From Pseudomonadota bacterium (GTDB lineage: Bacteria; Pseudomonadota; Gammaproteobacteria; Burkholderiales; Rhodocyclaceae): DNA of 64,000 bases. Below the pieces are notes generated by a model. The model did not search any database, was not told the DNA's origin, and saw nothing but the letters and a program-made list of their open reading frames with translations. This document shows positions 47,586-57,250 of this stretch, piece after piece. Both the position numbers and the translations under genes were made by a program. How positions within the stretch are numbered: the first letter of the stretch is position 1; each line of letters starts with the position of its first letter. The stretch spans positions 811-64,810 of the forward strand of contig JAJZSW010000003.1 in the NCBI GenBank assembly GCA_021849505.1. The letters are read 5' to 3'.

Positions 47586-47620
47586 GCGATCCGGCAGGGA
47601 ACAGGAAAGGAGAAGACGTC

Positions 47621-48064
47621 ATGTTCAAGCATATTTTCGTTCCGACCGATGGCTCGCCGCTTTCCCAGGAAACCGTCAAGCGGGCAATCAGCTTCGCCAG
47701 CGAGGCAGGTGCGCGCATCACCTTCTTCTATGCCAAGCCCGAATACCCCGTCGCTTTCTACGGCGAAGGCGCACTGATCGACCCGACCACCCCGGAGAAG
47801 TTCGCCAAGATGGCCCAGCAGCAGGCGGACGAGATTCTCGGTGCCTGCGCAAAGCTGGCCGCAGCTGCCAATGTGCCGTGCGGCACGGCTTCCAAGACCA
47901 GCGACATTCCCTTCGAGGCGATCATCGCCGCCGCCGAGGCGGCCGGAGCCGACCTGATCTTCATGGCCTCGCACGGCCGCCGCGGATTCGGCGGCCTGCT
48001 GCTCGGCTCGGAAACCCAGAAGGTCCTGACGCACTCGAAGATTCCGGTGCTGGTTTATCGTTAG
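47621..48064 (+). CDS. universal stress protein (UspA family)
   Basis: 147 aa with the ATP-binding motif ASHGRRGFGGLLLGSETQKV. GGAAAGGAG Shine-Dalgarno. Confidence 0.88.
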   Translation: MFKHIFVPTDGSPLSQETVKRAISFASEAGARITFFYAKPEYPVAFYGEGALIDPTTPEKFAKMAQQQADEILGACAKLAAAANVPCGTASKTSDIPFEAIIAAAEAAGADLIFMASHGRRGFGGLLLGSETQKVLTHSKIPVLVYR

Positions 48065-48071
48065 GACAGGC

Positions 48072-48659
48072 ATGCTCAATCGCGCGCTTGCCATCATCCA
48101 CGACGAGCACCGCTCGCTCGGCGCAGTGCTCCACGGCTTGCGCTTCCTGGTCAGGGAAGCGCTCGAAAAAGGCCGGGAACTCGATTTCAAGTTGCTCTGG
48201 GCAATGATTTACTACATGGATGCCTTTTCTCAGCGCCTGCACGACCCTCGCGAAGAGGCCTATCTGTTCGCCAAGATCATGGAGCGCACGCGCGAGGCGG
48301 ATGAAATCATCGCCCGCCTCAAGCAGCAGCATGCCGACAGCGCCGAACATCTGCGCAAACTGGAACTGATGCTGGGCCAGTTGGAAGCCGGGGTGCCTGG
48401 CAGCCTCGCAGCATTCGCCAGCGAGGTCGAACAGCAGGTCGAGGACGCTCGCCAGCATATGCAGCTGGAAGAAAAGACCGTCATTCCGCTGGCGAAGAAG
48501 TATCTGACCACGGAAGACTGGATCGCCATCGCCGAGGCCTTCGGCGAGCATGGCGACCCGCGTTTCGGCGCCAAGCCGGAGCACGAATTCCGCGATCTAT
48601 TCACGCGCATCGTCAATCTCGCCCCGCCGCCGATCGGCGTCGGGCCGGCTCACGACTGA
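48072..48659 (+). CDS. hemerythrin HHE cation-binding domain protein
   Basis: IIHDEHRSLGAVL, RLHDPREEAYLF and QHMQLEEKTVIP show a His/Glu ligand pattern. It starts 7 nt after the usp stop. Confidence 0.8.
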   Translation: MLNRALAIIHDEHRSLGAVLHGLRFLVREALEKGRELDFKLLWAMIYYMDAFSQRLHDPREEAYLFAKIMERTREADEIIARLKQQHADSAEHLRKLELMLGQLEAGVPGSLAAFASEVEQQVEDARQHMQLEEKTVIPLAKKYLTTEDWIAIAEAFGEHGDPRFGAKPEHEFRDLFTRIVNLAPPPIGVGPAHD

Positions 48660-48669
48660 CCAAAAAACG

Positions 48670-48695
48670 GGACTGCCGGCATCATCCGGCAGTCC
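48670..48695 (-). terminator. Rho-independent terminator after the DUF3149 gene (cco accessory operon)
   Basis: GGACTGCCGG-CATCAT-CCGGCAGTCC with A6 on the + strand, which gives a U-run after the stem on the minus strand. Confidence 0.7.
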
Positions 48696-48711
48696 AGCCG
48701 ATCGGGAAGGA

Positions 48712-48858
48712 TTACTTCTTGGCGGCGTTCTTCGCATCCTCTTCCATGTGCTTTTTCGCAAAGTTGTAGACGTAGATCACAAAGGCCGTCGCGAAGACAA
48801 TGGTGAAAACGCTCAACAGGCCGATATCCGTCGTAAACAGCTCTCTGATTGCATCCAT
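48712..48858 (-). CDS. DUF3149-like 48-aa membrane peptide (too short to appear in the ORF track)
   Basis: My translation is MDAIRELFTTDIGLLSVFTIVFATAFVIYVYNFAKKHMEEDAKNAAKK. It has a GGGAGAG Shine-Dalgarno, a single TM helix and a Lys-rich tail. Confidence 0.55.
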   Translation of the reverse strand: MDAIRELFTTDIGLLSVFTIVFATAFVIYVYNFAKKHMEEDAKNAAKK

Positions 48859-48891
48859 GCTTGCTCTCCCTGGTTGAAAAAAAGACTAAGA

Positions 48892-49428
48892 CTACGGTTT
48901 TGCTGACTCTCCCCCGCCGATCATCGTCTCGTTTGCGGCCGGCAGCATCATGCTGCCCATCAAACGCCAGGTCTTGGCTTCGTCCTCGATCAGCACCAGC
49001 CAGTGTCCCGATGCGGGCAGCAGCATCTCGCCTACATAAACATCACCCTCGCGCTTGAGTACGAGCCGACGATCCAGCCCGGCCCGCGTCGGATGCGACA
49101 GCATCACATTCAATGCCGGAGGGAAATCGAATGCCTGACTGGCGCTCAAGCGAACCCTCATCCTCTCTCTGGACAGGCTGACGCCGGCAACGATCCCCAG
49201 TGCTTCGGCACGCTGGCTGCGCGCCAGGGTTTCGGCGACGGCAAGCCCTTTCTTGTAATAGTCGTCCGTCACCAGGCCATCACTGGTGGATACGGCCAGC
49301 CAGGCTGTCACGATGCCCGCCACAATCACGATGAAAGGCCCGGCCATCAGCAGCCAGGGCCAGGGCTCGCGGTACCAGGGGTTGGTCTTGTTTTTTGCGG
49401 TCAGAGTACTTGTCGTCATAGTCGGCAT
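48892..49428 (-). CDS. ccoH: cbb3 oxidase assembly protein CcoH/FixH
   Basis: NPWYREPWPWLLMAGPFIVIVAGIVTAWLA followed by a periplasmic FixH domain. Confidence 0.85.
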   Translation of the reverse strand: MPTMTTSTLTAKNKTNPWYREPWPWLLMAGPFIVIVAGIVTAWLAVSTSDGLVTDDYYKKGLAVAETLARSQRAEALGIVAGVSLSRERMRVRLSASQAFDFPPALNVMLSHPTRAGLDRRLVLKREGDVYVGEMLLPASGHWLVLIEDEAKTWRLMGSMMLPAANETMIGGGESAKP

Positions 49429-49435
49429 AGTTGGT

Positions 49436-50854
49436 TCAGGGCATCAGGAATGTGGCTTTCTCATGGACCGCCAGACTCGGATTCTCCTTGGCTCTCACGT
49501 CGAAAAAGATCGTATGAGACCCCTTCTTTCCGGATTCCGGCGGCACGCGCACGGCCACCGTAAAGCTCTTCGCGGTTGCCGGCGTAACCTCAACCTCGGT
49601 TTCGCCCTCGAGCTTGATGTTGTCGAGACCGGCTACGGAAACCACATAACGGTGGGCCTGCTCGGTGACGTTCATGACTTGCAGCCGATAGACGTTTTCG
49701 ACCAGCCCGCCCTCGACTTCGCGCGCCAATACGCCCCGATCCCGAATCACGTTGACGCGCAGGTCGGGTTTGTTCACGATGCCCCAGATCAGCCCCAGGG
49801 TGATGGCAATCAGGATCACCGTGTAGATGATGATGCGCGGGCGCAAGACATGTCCGAGAATCTCTTTGCGACCCCAATGTTTCTCGAGCGCGTTCTCGGT
49901 GGTGTAGCGGATCAGGCCGCGCGGATAGTCCATCTTGTCCATGACTTCGTCGCAGGCGTCAATGCAGGCGGCACAGCCAATGCATTCGTACTGCAGGCCG
50001 TTGCGGATATCGATGCCGGTCGGACACACCTGGACGCAGATTTCGCAATCGATGCAGTCACCCTTGCCGACGCTGCGCGGGTCGATGCCCTTCTTGCGCT
50101 GCCCGCGCGGCTCGCCGCGTTCGGGATCGTAAGTGATGACCAGCGTGTCCGGGTCGAACATTACGCTCTGGAAGCGCGCGTAGGGACACATGTAAAGACA
50201 GACCTGCTCGCGCATGATGCCGGCGAACAGATAGGTCATGAAGCCGTAGAAGAAGATCCAGAAGGTTTCCCAAGGGCCGAGCGTCCATGACCAGAAGTAT
50301 CCCCACAATTCCTTGATCGGGGTGAAATAACCGACCAGCGTGAAACCGGTCCAGAGTGCCAGGAGTCCCCACGCACCATACTTCATGGCCCGCAAGCGGA
50401 ATTTGCGCGCATCCATGGGCGCCTTGTCGAGCTTGATGCGGGCGCTGCGTTCGCCCTCGATCACCTTCTCGATCCACATGAAGATTTCCGTATACACCGT
50501 TTGCGGACAGGCGTAACCGCACCACAGGCGCCCCGCCACGGCAGTGAACAGGAACAGGGCGTACGCCGAGATGATCAGGATGATCGCGAGAAAGAATACG
50601 TCCTGCGGCCAGAGCACCAGGCCGAAAATGAAGAACTTGCGATTGACGAGATCGAACAGGACAGCCTGGCGGTCATTCCACTGCAACCACGGCAGGCCGT
50701 AATACAAGGCTTGTGTCAGCCAGACGAAGATCCAGCGCCAGTTGGCGAAGAGGCCCGTGACCGAACGCGGATGGATTTTTTTGCGGGACTTGTACAGGGA
50801 CTGCTCTTGCGCTGCAGGGGCCGCAGTCGAATTTCCGGAATTTTGCTCGCTCAT
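49436..50854 (-). CDS. ccoG: cbb3 oxidase accessory protein CcoG/FixG (polyferredoxin)
   Basis: Start taken at MSEQNSGN...LYKSRKKIHPRSVTGLF. It has two 4Fe-4S motifs (CIDCEICVQVCP, CIGCAACIDACD) and multiple TM helices. The alternative ATG at 50896 is not excluded. Confidence 0.88.
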   Translation of the reverse strand: MSEQNSGNSTAAPAAQEQSLYKSRKKIHPRSVTGLFANWRWIFVWLTQALYYGLPWLQWNDRQAVLFDLVNRKFFIFGLVLWPQDVFFLAIILIISAYALFLFTAVAGRLWCGYACPQTVYTEIFMWIEKVIEGERSARIKLDKAPMDARKFRLRAMKYGAWGLLALWTGFTLVGYFTPIKELWGYFWSWTLGPWETFWIFFYGFMTYLFAGIMREQVCLYMCPYARFQSVMFDPDTLVITYDPERGEPRGQRKKGIDPRSVGKGDCIDCEICVQVCPTGIDIRNGLQYECIGCAACIDACDEVMDKMDYPRGLIRYTTENALEKHWGRKEILGHVLRPRIIIYTVILIAITLGLIWGIVNKPDLRVNVIRDRGVLAREVEGGLVENVYRLQVMNVTEQAHRYVVSVAGLDNIKLEGETEVEVTPATAKSFTVAVRVPPESGKKGSHTIFFDVRAKENPSLAVHEKATFLMP

Positions 50855-50993
50855 GCTGTGGACGCTCAAGGGTCGGTAGTGCAATGAATGCAACATGGTA
50901 CTGCGGGACGGGCGATCCCCTGAAATGACCCGTCGTGATGCCGCCCGCCATTGACCACTATTGCTTGCGCAATCCCCCTGATCGAGCGGATAA

Positions 50994-51025
50994 ACGTTTG
51001 CCCGGCCGGCAGGCCGGACAAACGT
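50994..51025 (-). terminator. hairpin between ccoP and ccoG (terminator or attenuator)
   Basis: ACGTTTGCCCGGCC...GGCCGGACAAACGT pairs at 13 of 14 positions and is followed on the minus strand by TTTAT. Confidence 0.4.
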
Positions 51026-51035
51026 CGACTACTGA

Positions 51036-52019
51036 TTACTTCTGTTCCGCAGGCGCTGCCTCGGCGGCAGCCGGAGCGGCTTCAGCCACGGGAGCTGCCG
51101 GGGTGACACCACCGCCGAGGCCCCAGACGTAGGCCGTCAGCAGATGCACCTTCGCCGGGCCAAGGAACTCGCCGAATGCCGGCATCTGGTTCTGGATGCC
51201 GTTGGTGACGATCTGGATCATCTTGGCTTCGGAAGAGCCATGCAGCCAGACCTTGTCGGTCAGGTTGGGATAGCCGGCCGCTTCCATGCCCTTGGCTTCA
51301 GGGCCATGGCAGGCCAGACAGGCTTGCGGATAGAGCTCGGCGCCACGCTGCACGCGCACGGAGTCGGCCGACAGGCCGGACAGCGAACGGACGTAATGGA
51401 CGACGTCCTTGACCTGCTCGGCATCCATGTCAGGCTTGGTGCCCTTCGGCGTCATGATGCCCATGCGGCCGGCGGCGATGGTTTCCTTGATCCGCTCGGG
51501 CGTGCCGCCCCAGAGCCAGTCGCCATCCTTGAGGTTCGGGAAGCTGGTCGCGCCGCCGGCATCGCCGCCGTGGCACTGCTCGCAGTAGGTCTGGAACAGG
51601 CGCTGCCCCATTTCCTTGGCCTCCGGATTGGCGGCCACGGTCATGACGTCCTGCTGCAGGAACTGGTTGAACTTCGGTCCGTATTTTGCTTCGGCCGCCT
51701 TCATCTCGGCATCGTACTGGCCGCGCATGGTCCAGCCGAAAGTGCCAGCCATGTTGCCGAGGCCGGGATACAAGGCCAGATAACCCAAGGCAAAGGCCAC
51801 GGTGAGGTAGAACATCCAGCGCCACCAGCTCGGCAGCGGATTGCTGTACTCCTCGAGCGTTTCATCCCACTTGTGGCCGGTCACTTCGCCGGGCTTGAAC
51901 TTCACCGAACCCTGCATCCACAGGAACCATGCGCACCAGAGAATGCTGACCAGAACAATCACGATGACGTAGATGTTCCAGAAGCCACTCACGAAATCGC
52001 TCGTAATGTTGAAATCCAT
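51036..52019 (-). CDS. ccoP: cbb3-type cytochrome c oxidase subunit III (dihaem c)
   Basis: N-terminal TM helix and two CxxCH motifs (CEQCHG, CLACHG). Confidence 0.93.
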   Translation of the reverse strand: MDFNITSDFVSGFWNIYVIVIVLVSILWCAWFLWMQGSVKFKPGEVTGHKWDETLEEYSNPLPSWWRWMFYLTVAFALGYLALYPGLGNMAGTFGWTMRGQYDAEMKAAEAKYGPKFNQFLQQDVMTVAANPEAKEMGQRLFQTYCEQCHGGDAGGATSFPNLKDGDWLWGGTPERIKETIAAGRMGIMTPKGTKPDMDAEQVKDVVHYVRSLSGLSADSVRVQRGAELYPQACLACHGPEAKGMEAAGYPNLTDKVWLHGSSEAKMIQIVTNGIQNQMPAFGEFLGPAKVHLLTAYVWGLGGGVTPAAPVAEAAPAAAEAAPAEQK

Positions 52020-52031
52020 GAAGAATTCCTT

Positions 52032-52211
52032 TCAATAATCTATTGACCTGCCCTTGCCGCCCCGCGGGACTTCGTCGTCGTCACCCACTGCGAGGGAAGC
52101 GGCTTCGTCGAACGCTTGCTTGCGCTTGCCGGAGTAAGCCCACGCCACGATGGCGATGAAAGCCGCGAAGAGCAGCACCGTGGTGATGGAGCGCAGGTCG
52201 TTGATGTCCAT
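52032..52211 (-). CDS. ccoQ: cbb3-type oxidase subunit IV
   Basis: Start moved to the ATG at 52211 (MDINDLRSITTVLLFAAFIAIVAWAY) because the track start is a TTG. Single TM helix. Confidence 0.8.
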   Translation of the reverse strand: MDINDLRSITTVLLFAAFIAIVAWAYSGKRKQAFDEAASLAVGDDDEVPRGGKGRSIDY

Positions 52212-52226
52212 GTCGCCCAATGTTCC

Positions 52227-52850
52227 TTAGCGGGTCTGCTTGAGCGCGGTGCCGAGGCCTTGCAGGTAGGCAACGACCGCGTCCAGCTCGGTCTTCCCTT
52301 CGAGCGCCTTGGGTGCATCGGCGATCTCCTGCTCGGTATAGCCCTGCAGGTTGTCGCCGAAGACCTTGTTCAGCGCCGCCATCTTGGCGCCGATTTTGGG
52401 GTCGTTGAGCGGGCGGTCGAGCCAGTAATAAGCCGGCATGTTCGACTCGGGCACGACATCGCGGGGGTTCAGCAGGTGGATCTTGTGCCACTGATCCGAG
52501 TAGCGGCCGCCGACGCGGGCCAGGTCAGGACCGGTGCGCTTGGAGCCCCACTGGAAGGGGTGATCGTAGACATACTCACCCGCCACCGAGTAGTGGCCGT
52601 AGCGCTCGGTCTCGGCGCGGAAGGGACGGATCATCTGCGAATGGCAGTTGTAGCAGCCCTCGCGGATATAGATGTCCCGTCCGGCCAGCTGCAAGGCGCC
52701 ATAGGGCTTGACCTGCTCATTGACCGGGGTCGTGGTCGACTTCTGGAAGAACAGCGGCACGATTTCCACCAGGCCGCCCCAGATGATCGCGAACAGGGTC
52801 ATGACGATCAGCAGCGTATTGCTTGATTCGACTTTTTCTTGCGTCAACAT
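52227..52850 (-). CDS. ccoO: cbb3-type oxidase subunit II (monohaem c)
   Basis: CYNCHS haem motif and conservation typical of FixO throughout. Confidence 0.95.
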   Translation of the reverse strand: MLTQEKVESSNTLLIVMTLFAIIWGGLVEIVPLFFQKSTTTPVNEQVKPYGALQLAGRDIYIREGCYNCHSQMIRPFRAETERYGHYSVAGEYVYDHPFQWGSKRTGPDLARVGGRYSDQWHKIHLLNPRDVVPESNMPAYYWLDRPLNDPKIGAKMAALNKVFGDNLQGYTEQEIADAPKALEGKTELDAVVAYLQGLGTALKQTR

Positions 52851-52871
52851 GATGTGTTGTCTCCCTAGCGA

Positions 52872-54296
52872 TCAGTGAGCGTGCGCCGGTTCGAGAACCT
52901 TGGCGTCATCGACTGCCCGACCGGCCGCGATCGTCTTGAACATGTTGTAGGCCATCAGCAGCATGCCGACCAGGAACAGCACACCGCCCACCACGCGGAT
53001 GGTCCAGAACGGGTAGGAAGCCTTGACGGACTCGACGAAGGAATAGGTCAGCGTGCCGTCGGCGTTCGTGGCGCGCCACATCAGGCCCTGCATCACGCCG
53101 GAGATCCACAGCGCGGCGATGTAGAGCACGGTGCCGAGCGTCGCCAGCCAGAAATGCACGTTGATCAGCCGGGTCGAGTACATCTCGGCCTTGCCGAACA
53201 GGCGCGGCAGCAGGTAGTAGATCGAGCCGATGGAGATCATCGCCACCCAGCCGAGCGCGCCGGAGTGCACGTGGCCGACCGTCCAGTCGGTGTAGTGCGA
53301 CAGCGCATTCACGGTCTTGATCGACATCATCGGCCCCTCGAAGGTCGACATGCCATAGAAGGACAGCGAGGTAATCATGAACTTGAGGATCGGATCGTCG
53401 CGCAGCTTGTGCCAGGCGCCGGACAGCGTCATGATGCCGTTGATCATGCCGCCCCAGCTCGGCGCCAGCAGGATCAGCGAGAAGATCATGCCGATGGAGG
53501 AAGTCCAGTCGGGCAATGCCGTGTAGTGCAGGTGGTGCGGGCCGGCCCACATGTAGGTGAAGATCAGCGCCCAGAAGTGCACCACCGACAGGCGGTAGGA
53601 ATAGACCGGGCGGTTGGCCTGCTTCGGCACGAAGTAGTACATCATGCCGAGGAAGCCCGCGGTCAGGAAGAAGCCGACCGCATTGTGGCCGTACCACCAC
53701 TGGATCATCGCGTCCTGCACGCCGGAGTAGGCCGAATAGGACTTGAACAAATCGACCGGCATGGCGGCGCTGTTGACCAGGTGCAGCAGGGCGACGGCGA
53801 TGATCATCGAGCCGAAGAACCAGTTGGACACGTAGATATGCTTGGTCTTGCGGATGCCGATGGTGCCGAAGAAGACGATCGCGTAGGAAACCCAGACGAC
53901 GGTGATCAGCAGGTCGATCGGCCACTCGAGCTCGGCGTACTCCTTGCCGGAGGTGATGCCCAGCGGCAGGGAGATCGCGGCGAGCACGATGACCACCTGC
54001 CAGCCCCAGAAGGTGAAGCTGGCCAGCCCGGGAAGGAACAGCGAGGTATGGTTGGTGCGTTGCACCGAGTAATAGGAGGTGGCGAACAGCGCGCAACCGC
54101 CAAAGGCAAAGATGACCGCATTGGTATGCAGCGGACGCAGACGCCCGTAGGACAGCCATTCGGCGAAGCTCAGCTCGGGCCAGACCAACTGGGCGGCAAT
54201 GATGACGCCGACCAGCATGCCGACGATGCCCCAGATAACGGTCATCACGGCGAACTGGCGCACGACTTTGTAGTTGTAAGTCGCTTGCGATTGCAT
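52872..54296 (-). CDS. ccoN: cbb3-type oxidase subunit I
   Basis: Start taken at [15 protein letters not shown] (ATG 54296, GAGAGAGGTGA Shine-Dalgarno). It is a polytopic haem-copper oxidase with conserved His ([26 protein letters not shown]). Confidence 0.95.
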   Translation of the reverse strand: MQSQATYNYKVVRQFAVMTVIWGIVGMLVGVIIAAQLVWPELSFAEWLSYGRLRPLHTNAVIFAFGGCALFATSYYSVQRTNHTSLFLPGLASFTFWGWQVVIVLAAISLPLGITSGKEYAELEWPIDLLITVVWVSYAIVFFGTIGIRKTKHIYVSNWFFGSMIIAVALLHLVNSAAMPVDLFKSYSAYSGVQDAMIQWWYGHNAVGFFLTAGFLGMMYYFVPKQANRPVYSYRLSVVHFWALIFTYMWAGPHHLHYTALPDWTSSIGMIFSLILLAPSWGGMINGIMTLSGAWHKLRDDPILKFMITSLSFYGMSTFEGPMMSIKTVNALSHYTDWTVGHVHSGALGWVAMISIGSIYYLLPRLFGKAEMYSTRLINVHFWLATLGTVLYIAALWISGVMQGLMWRATNADGTLTYSFVESVKASYPFWTIRVVGGVLFLVGMLLMAYNMFKTIAAGRAVDDAKVLEPAHAH

Positions 54297-54400
54297 GATG
54301 GTTTTCACCTCTCTCATAAAAAAAACAAACCTGCGCCCTCCGACTTTTTATTCCCTTTGGAGGATGGGGGCAAAGGATACTTCACATTGATTGCGGCAAA

Positions 54401-54414
54401 TTGACCCAGGTCAA
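54401..54414. promoter_or_regulatory. FNR box TTGAC-CCAG-GTCAA of the ccoNOQP promoter
   Basis: Palindromic box. TATCCT lies at 54379-54374 on the minus strand at class II spacing (within 1 nt). The predicted leader is about 70 nt. Confidence 0.75.
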
Positions 54415-54465
54415 CTTTTTTAAAAGACAACATTATTTATGTGGTTATTAATTATTATTTATGGG

Positions 54466-54494
54466 AAAAAAAAGGGTGCGCGAAACGCGCACCC
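54466..54494 (-). terminator. strong Rho-independent terminator downstream of ccoS
   Basis: GGGTGCGCG-AAA-CGCGCACCC with A8 on the + strand, which gives U8 after the stem on the minus strand. Confidence 0.85.
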
Positions 54495-54567
54495 CCAACC
54501 CCAACAGAGAGACTAACCGATTAAACCTTGGTCCGGACTGTCCTTGCGGATAAAGCCGAACCGAACG
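54466..54567 (-). ncRNA. candidate FNR-dependent small RNA (about 100 nt) from the ccoS 3' region
   Basis: FNR box at 54602-54615, CATACT -10 at 54579-54574 (22-nt gap, which is class II geometry), a predicted start near 54567, and the terminator at 54494-54466. There is no ORF. It contains a UCUCUCU stretch and a G-rich run. Confidence 0.3.
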
Positions 54568-54592
54568 GGCCGAAGTATGGGGCCGGCACCAT

Positions 54593-54805
54593 TCAGGTGC
54601 TTTGATCTGTGTCAACAGATGACCGCTTGCCCGATTGGGGTTTTTCATGCGCTCCGGCAGGCGTTTTATCGTCATCCATCAGGATCCGGTAGGCCGGACC
54701 TTCGAGATCCTCCATCTGGCCGCTCTTGAGCGACCACCAGAAGATTGCGCCGATCACGAAGACCAGCAGCACCGACACGGGAATCAGCAGGTAGAGGCTT
54801 TCCAT
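54593..54805 (-). CDS. ccoS: cbb3 oxidase maturation protein CcoS/FixS
   Basis: MESLYLLIPVSVLLVFVIGAIFWWSLKSGQMEDLEGPAYRIL matches the CcoS signature. Confidence 0.88.
   Translation of the reverse strand: MESLYLLIPVSVLLVFVIGAIFWWSLKSGQMEDLEGPAYRILMDDDKTPAGAHEKPQSGKRSSVDTDQST
54602..54615. promoter_or_regulatory. FNR box inside the last codons of ccoS
   Basis: The + strand reads TTGAT-CTGT-GTCAA. The minus-strand 17-mer TTGACACAGATCAAAGC is identical to the hemN box region (35295-35311). Confidence 0.5.
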
Positions 54806-54811
54806 CTTCGC

Positions 54812-57250
54812 TCAAGCCTGCTTTTGCAGGCGCAACGCGTTCAAGACGACAAGCAGGGAACTCGCCGACATGCCGATCCCCGCCATCCAGGGCGTCACCC
54901 AGCCGGCCATCGCCAATGGAATCGCCACAATGTTATAGGTAAAGGCCCACAGCAGGTTCTGGCGGATGATGCCCAGCGCGCGCCGCGCCAGCGCGACGCC
55001 ATTGCCCAGATGCACGGGATCGTCCGACAGCAGTACGACATCGGCCTGTCCGCGCGCCAGATCGGTGCCGCCGCCCATCGCCACCGAGACATGCGCCTGG
55101 GCCAGGACCGGGGCGTCATTCACGCCGTCGCCGACCATCGCGACAGTCTCCCCGCGCGCCTGGGTTTCGCGCAGGTAGGCGTGCTTGCCTTCGGGCGTCA
55201 TGCCGCCGCGATAATCTTCGACGCCGAGCTCGCGTGCCACGGCCGCCACGGTCTGCGGCGCATCGCCCGAGAGGATCGACAACCGCATGCCTTGCGCACG
55301 CAGCCGTGCGAGCGCCTGCCGCGCGCCCGGCCGCAAGGCATCGGCGATGCGGAACCAGGCGCGCCAGCCTGCCGCATCCCCCAGCGCGACCACGCTGTCC
55401 CCCGCCGCCAGCCAGGCGGTCATCTCGTCCGGCATCGGCTGGCCGTGCAGCTCGGCGACGAAGGCGGGCACGCCGATGCGCAGGGTCGCGTCCGCCAGCC
55501 GCGCCTCGACGCCCTGGCCGGTGATCGCCTTCAGATCCCGCACGGGTGCCGTCGCGCCAGCGCCGACTTTCGCAAGCAGCGCCCGCGCCAGCGGGTGCTC
55601 GGAGGCCTGCTCGAGGGCGCGCACCTGCACGAATACCGCGGCCGCGTCCGCGCCCGGCGCCAGCCGCAGCTCCACCACGGCCGGCCGGCCGACGGTCAGG
55701 GTACCGGTCTTGTCGAAGATCCAGTGATCCGCCCGCGCCAGCGTTTCGATCGCATGGCCGCGCGTCACCAGCACACCTTCCCTGGCCAAAGCCCCCGTCG
55801 CCACCGTCAGCGCTGCCGGGGTCGCCAGCGACAGCGCGCAGGGACAGCTCACCACCAGTACCGCCACGAAAATCCAGAGCGCCTGCGACGGATCGGTGTT
55901 CCACCAGTAAAGCCAGGTCGCCACCGCCAGGACCAGCAGCACGGCGACGAAGCGCATGGCGATGCGGTCGGCCAGCTGCACGAGCGCCGGCTTCTCCGCC
56001 GCTGCCTGCTCCATCAGGCGCCGGATCGACGCCAGCCGGGTGGCCTCGCCCACGCGTTCCAGCCTGACCACCAGCGGGCTGCCGACGTTGATGCTGCCGC
56101 CCGTGACCGGATCGCCCACCCGCTTGGGCACCGGAAGGCTTTCCCCGGTCAGCAGGGACTCGTCGCTGCTGCTATTGCCCTCGATCACCGTGCCGTCGCC
56201 GGGGATCGTCTCGCCCGGCTTGATGCGCACGCAATCGTCCGCGACCAGATTCGCCACGGCCACACGTTCAGCGTCCCCTCCCGGCCAATGCGGCAAGCGC
56301 TCGCAGAAGGCCGGAATCGCCTTTGCCATCGCCTCGACGCCGCGCGCCGCCTTCTGCCGCGCCATCATTTCCATGTAGCGGCCGGTCAGGAGGAAGAACA
56401 CGAACATCGTCACCGAATCGAAATACACCTCGCCGGCCGCGACCAAAGTCGCCCAGACGCTCGCCGCAAAAGCGACGCCGATGCCCAGCGCCACCGGCAC
56501 GTCCATCCCGACGCGGCGGAACTTCATATCGCGCCAGGCATTCCTGAAAAAGGGCGCCGAGGAATAGAACATCACCGGCAGGGTCAACAAGAGGCTCGCC
56601 CAGCGCATCAGCTGCTCGATGTCCGCCGCCATCTCGCCTTCGATGGCCATGTAGACAGGCACGGCATACATCATCACCTGCATCATGCCGAAGCCGGCGA
56701 CGAACAGGCGCCACTGCGCCGTGCGCCGCTCCTTCTGCGCCAACTGCTCCGACTTCGTCACATCGTAGGGATGCGCGCGATAGCCGATCGCCTGGATGGC
56801 TTCGAGGATCGCAGAGAGCTTCGTCACGTTCTCGTCCCAGCGCACCCGCGCGCGGCGCGTCGCGTAGTTGATGTCCACCGCCGTCACGCCCGGCTGCTTC
56901 GCGATGTGCGATTCGTTGAGCCAGACGCAGGCCGCGCAGGTAATGCCCTCGAGGATCAGCGCCGCCTCGCGCTCGTGCTCGCCCACCGGACGCACGAAGT
57001 TCTTCTGCACGTCGGGGTGGTCGAACAGGCCCAGTTCCTGCAGGGCGACTGGAATTGCCTCGCGCGGCGATTCCGGCAGCGCATCGCGGTGCGTGTAGTA
57101 GTCGGTCAGGCCGTTGGCGACGATCGCCTGCGCCACGGCCTGGCAGCCGGCGCAGCACATGGCGCGCGGCGCCCCCCCGATCTCGACAAAGAGATCGAAC
57201 CCCTGCGGCACGGGCAGGCCGCAGTGATAGCAATCGTGCTCGGTCGCCAA
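54812..57250 (-). CDS. ccoI: CcoI/FixI copper-translocating P1B-type ATPase
   Basis: N-terminal CYHCGLP...[24 protein letters not shown] and GDGVNDAP. It is followed by ccoS. It contains an in-frame copy of the dispersed 25-mer. Confidence 0.9.
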   Translation of the reverse strand: MATEHDCYHCGLPVPQGFDLFVEIGGAPRAMCCAGCQAVAQAIVANGLTDYYTHRDALPESPREAIPVALQELGLFDHPDVQKNFVRPVGEHEREAALILEGITCAACVWLNESHIAKQPGVTAVDINYATRRARVRWDENVTKLSAILEAIQAIGYRAHPYDVTKSEQLAQKERRTAQWRLFVAGFGMMQVMMYAVPVYMAIEGEMAADIEQLMRWASLLLTLPVMFYSSAPFFRNAWRDMKFRRVGMDVPVALGIGVAFAASVWATLVAAGEVYFDSVTMFVFFLLTGRYMEMMARQKAARGVEAMAKAIPAFCERLPHWPGGDAERVAVANLVADDCVRIKPGETIPGDGTVIEGNSSSDESLLTGESLPVPKRVGDPVTGGSINVGSPLVVRLERVGEATRLASIRRLMEQAAAEKPALVQLADRIAMRFVAVLLVLAVATWLYWWNTDPSQALWIFVAVLVVSCPCALSLATPAALTVATGALAREGVLVTRGHAIETLARADHWIFDKTGTLTVGRPAVVELRLAPGADAAAVFVQVRALEQASEHPLARALLAKVGAGATAPVRDLKAITGQGVEARLADATLRIGVPAFVAELHGQPMPDEMTAWLAAGDSVVALGDAAGWRAWFRIADALRPGARQALARLRAQGMRLSILSGDAPQTVAAVARELGVEDYRGGMTPEGKHAYLRETQARGETVAMVGDGVNDAPVLAQAHVSVAMGGGTDLARGQADVVLLSDDPVHLGNGVALARRALGIIRQNLLWAFTYNIVAIPLAMAGWVTPWMAGIGMSASSLLVVLNALRLQKQA
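55546..55570 (-). repeat. dispersed 25-mer, copy 12 (inside ccoI, in frame)
   Basis: The + strand reads GTGCCGTCGCGCCAGCGCCGACTTT. The coding strand encodes KVGAGATA(P). Confidence 0.9.

Noticed and set aside
50938-50962. A possible fifteenth, very degenerate copy of the 25-mer (ATGCCGCCCGCCATTGACCACT...).
   Set aside because: Only about 18 of 25 positions match and the GCGCCGAC core is lost. This is too weak to count.
54387-54400. A second FNR-like site, TTGAT-TGCG-GCAAA, adjacent to the ccoN box.
   Set aside because: Only one half-site is good, since GCAAA matches ATCAA at only 3 of 5 positions. It may assist binding, but it is not reportable as a box.
54448-54675. 75-aa ORF on the minus strand spanning the ccoS-ccoN spacer.
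   Set aside because: It runs through a Rho-independent terminator and an AT-rich tract. It has no Shine-Dalgarno and implausible composition. I interpret the region as regulatory or a candidate sRNA instead.
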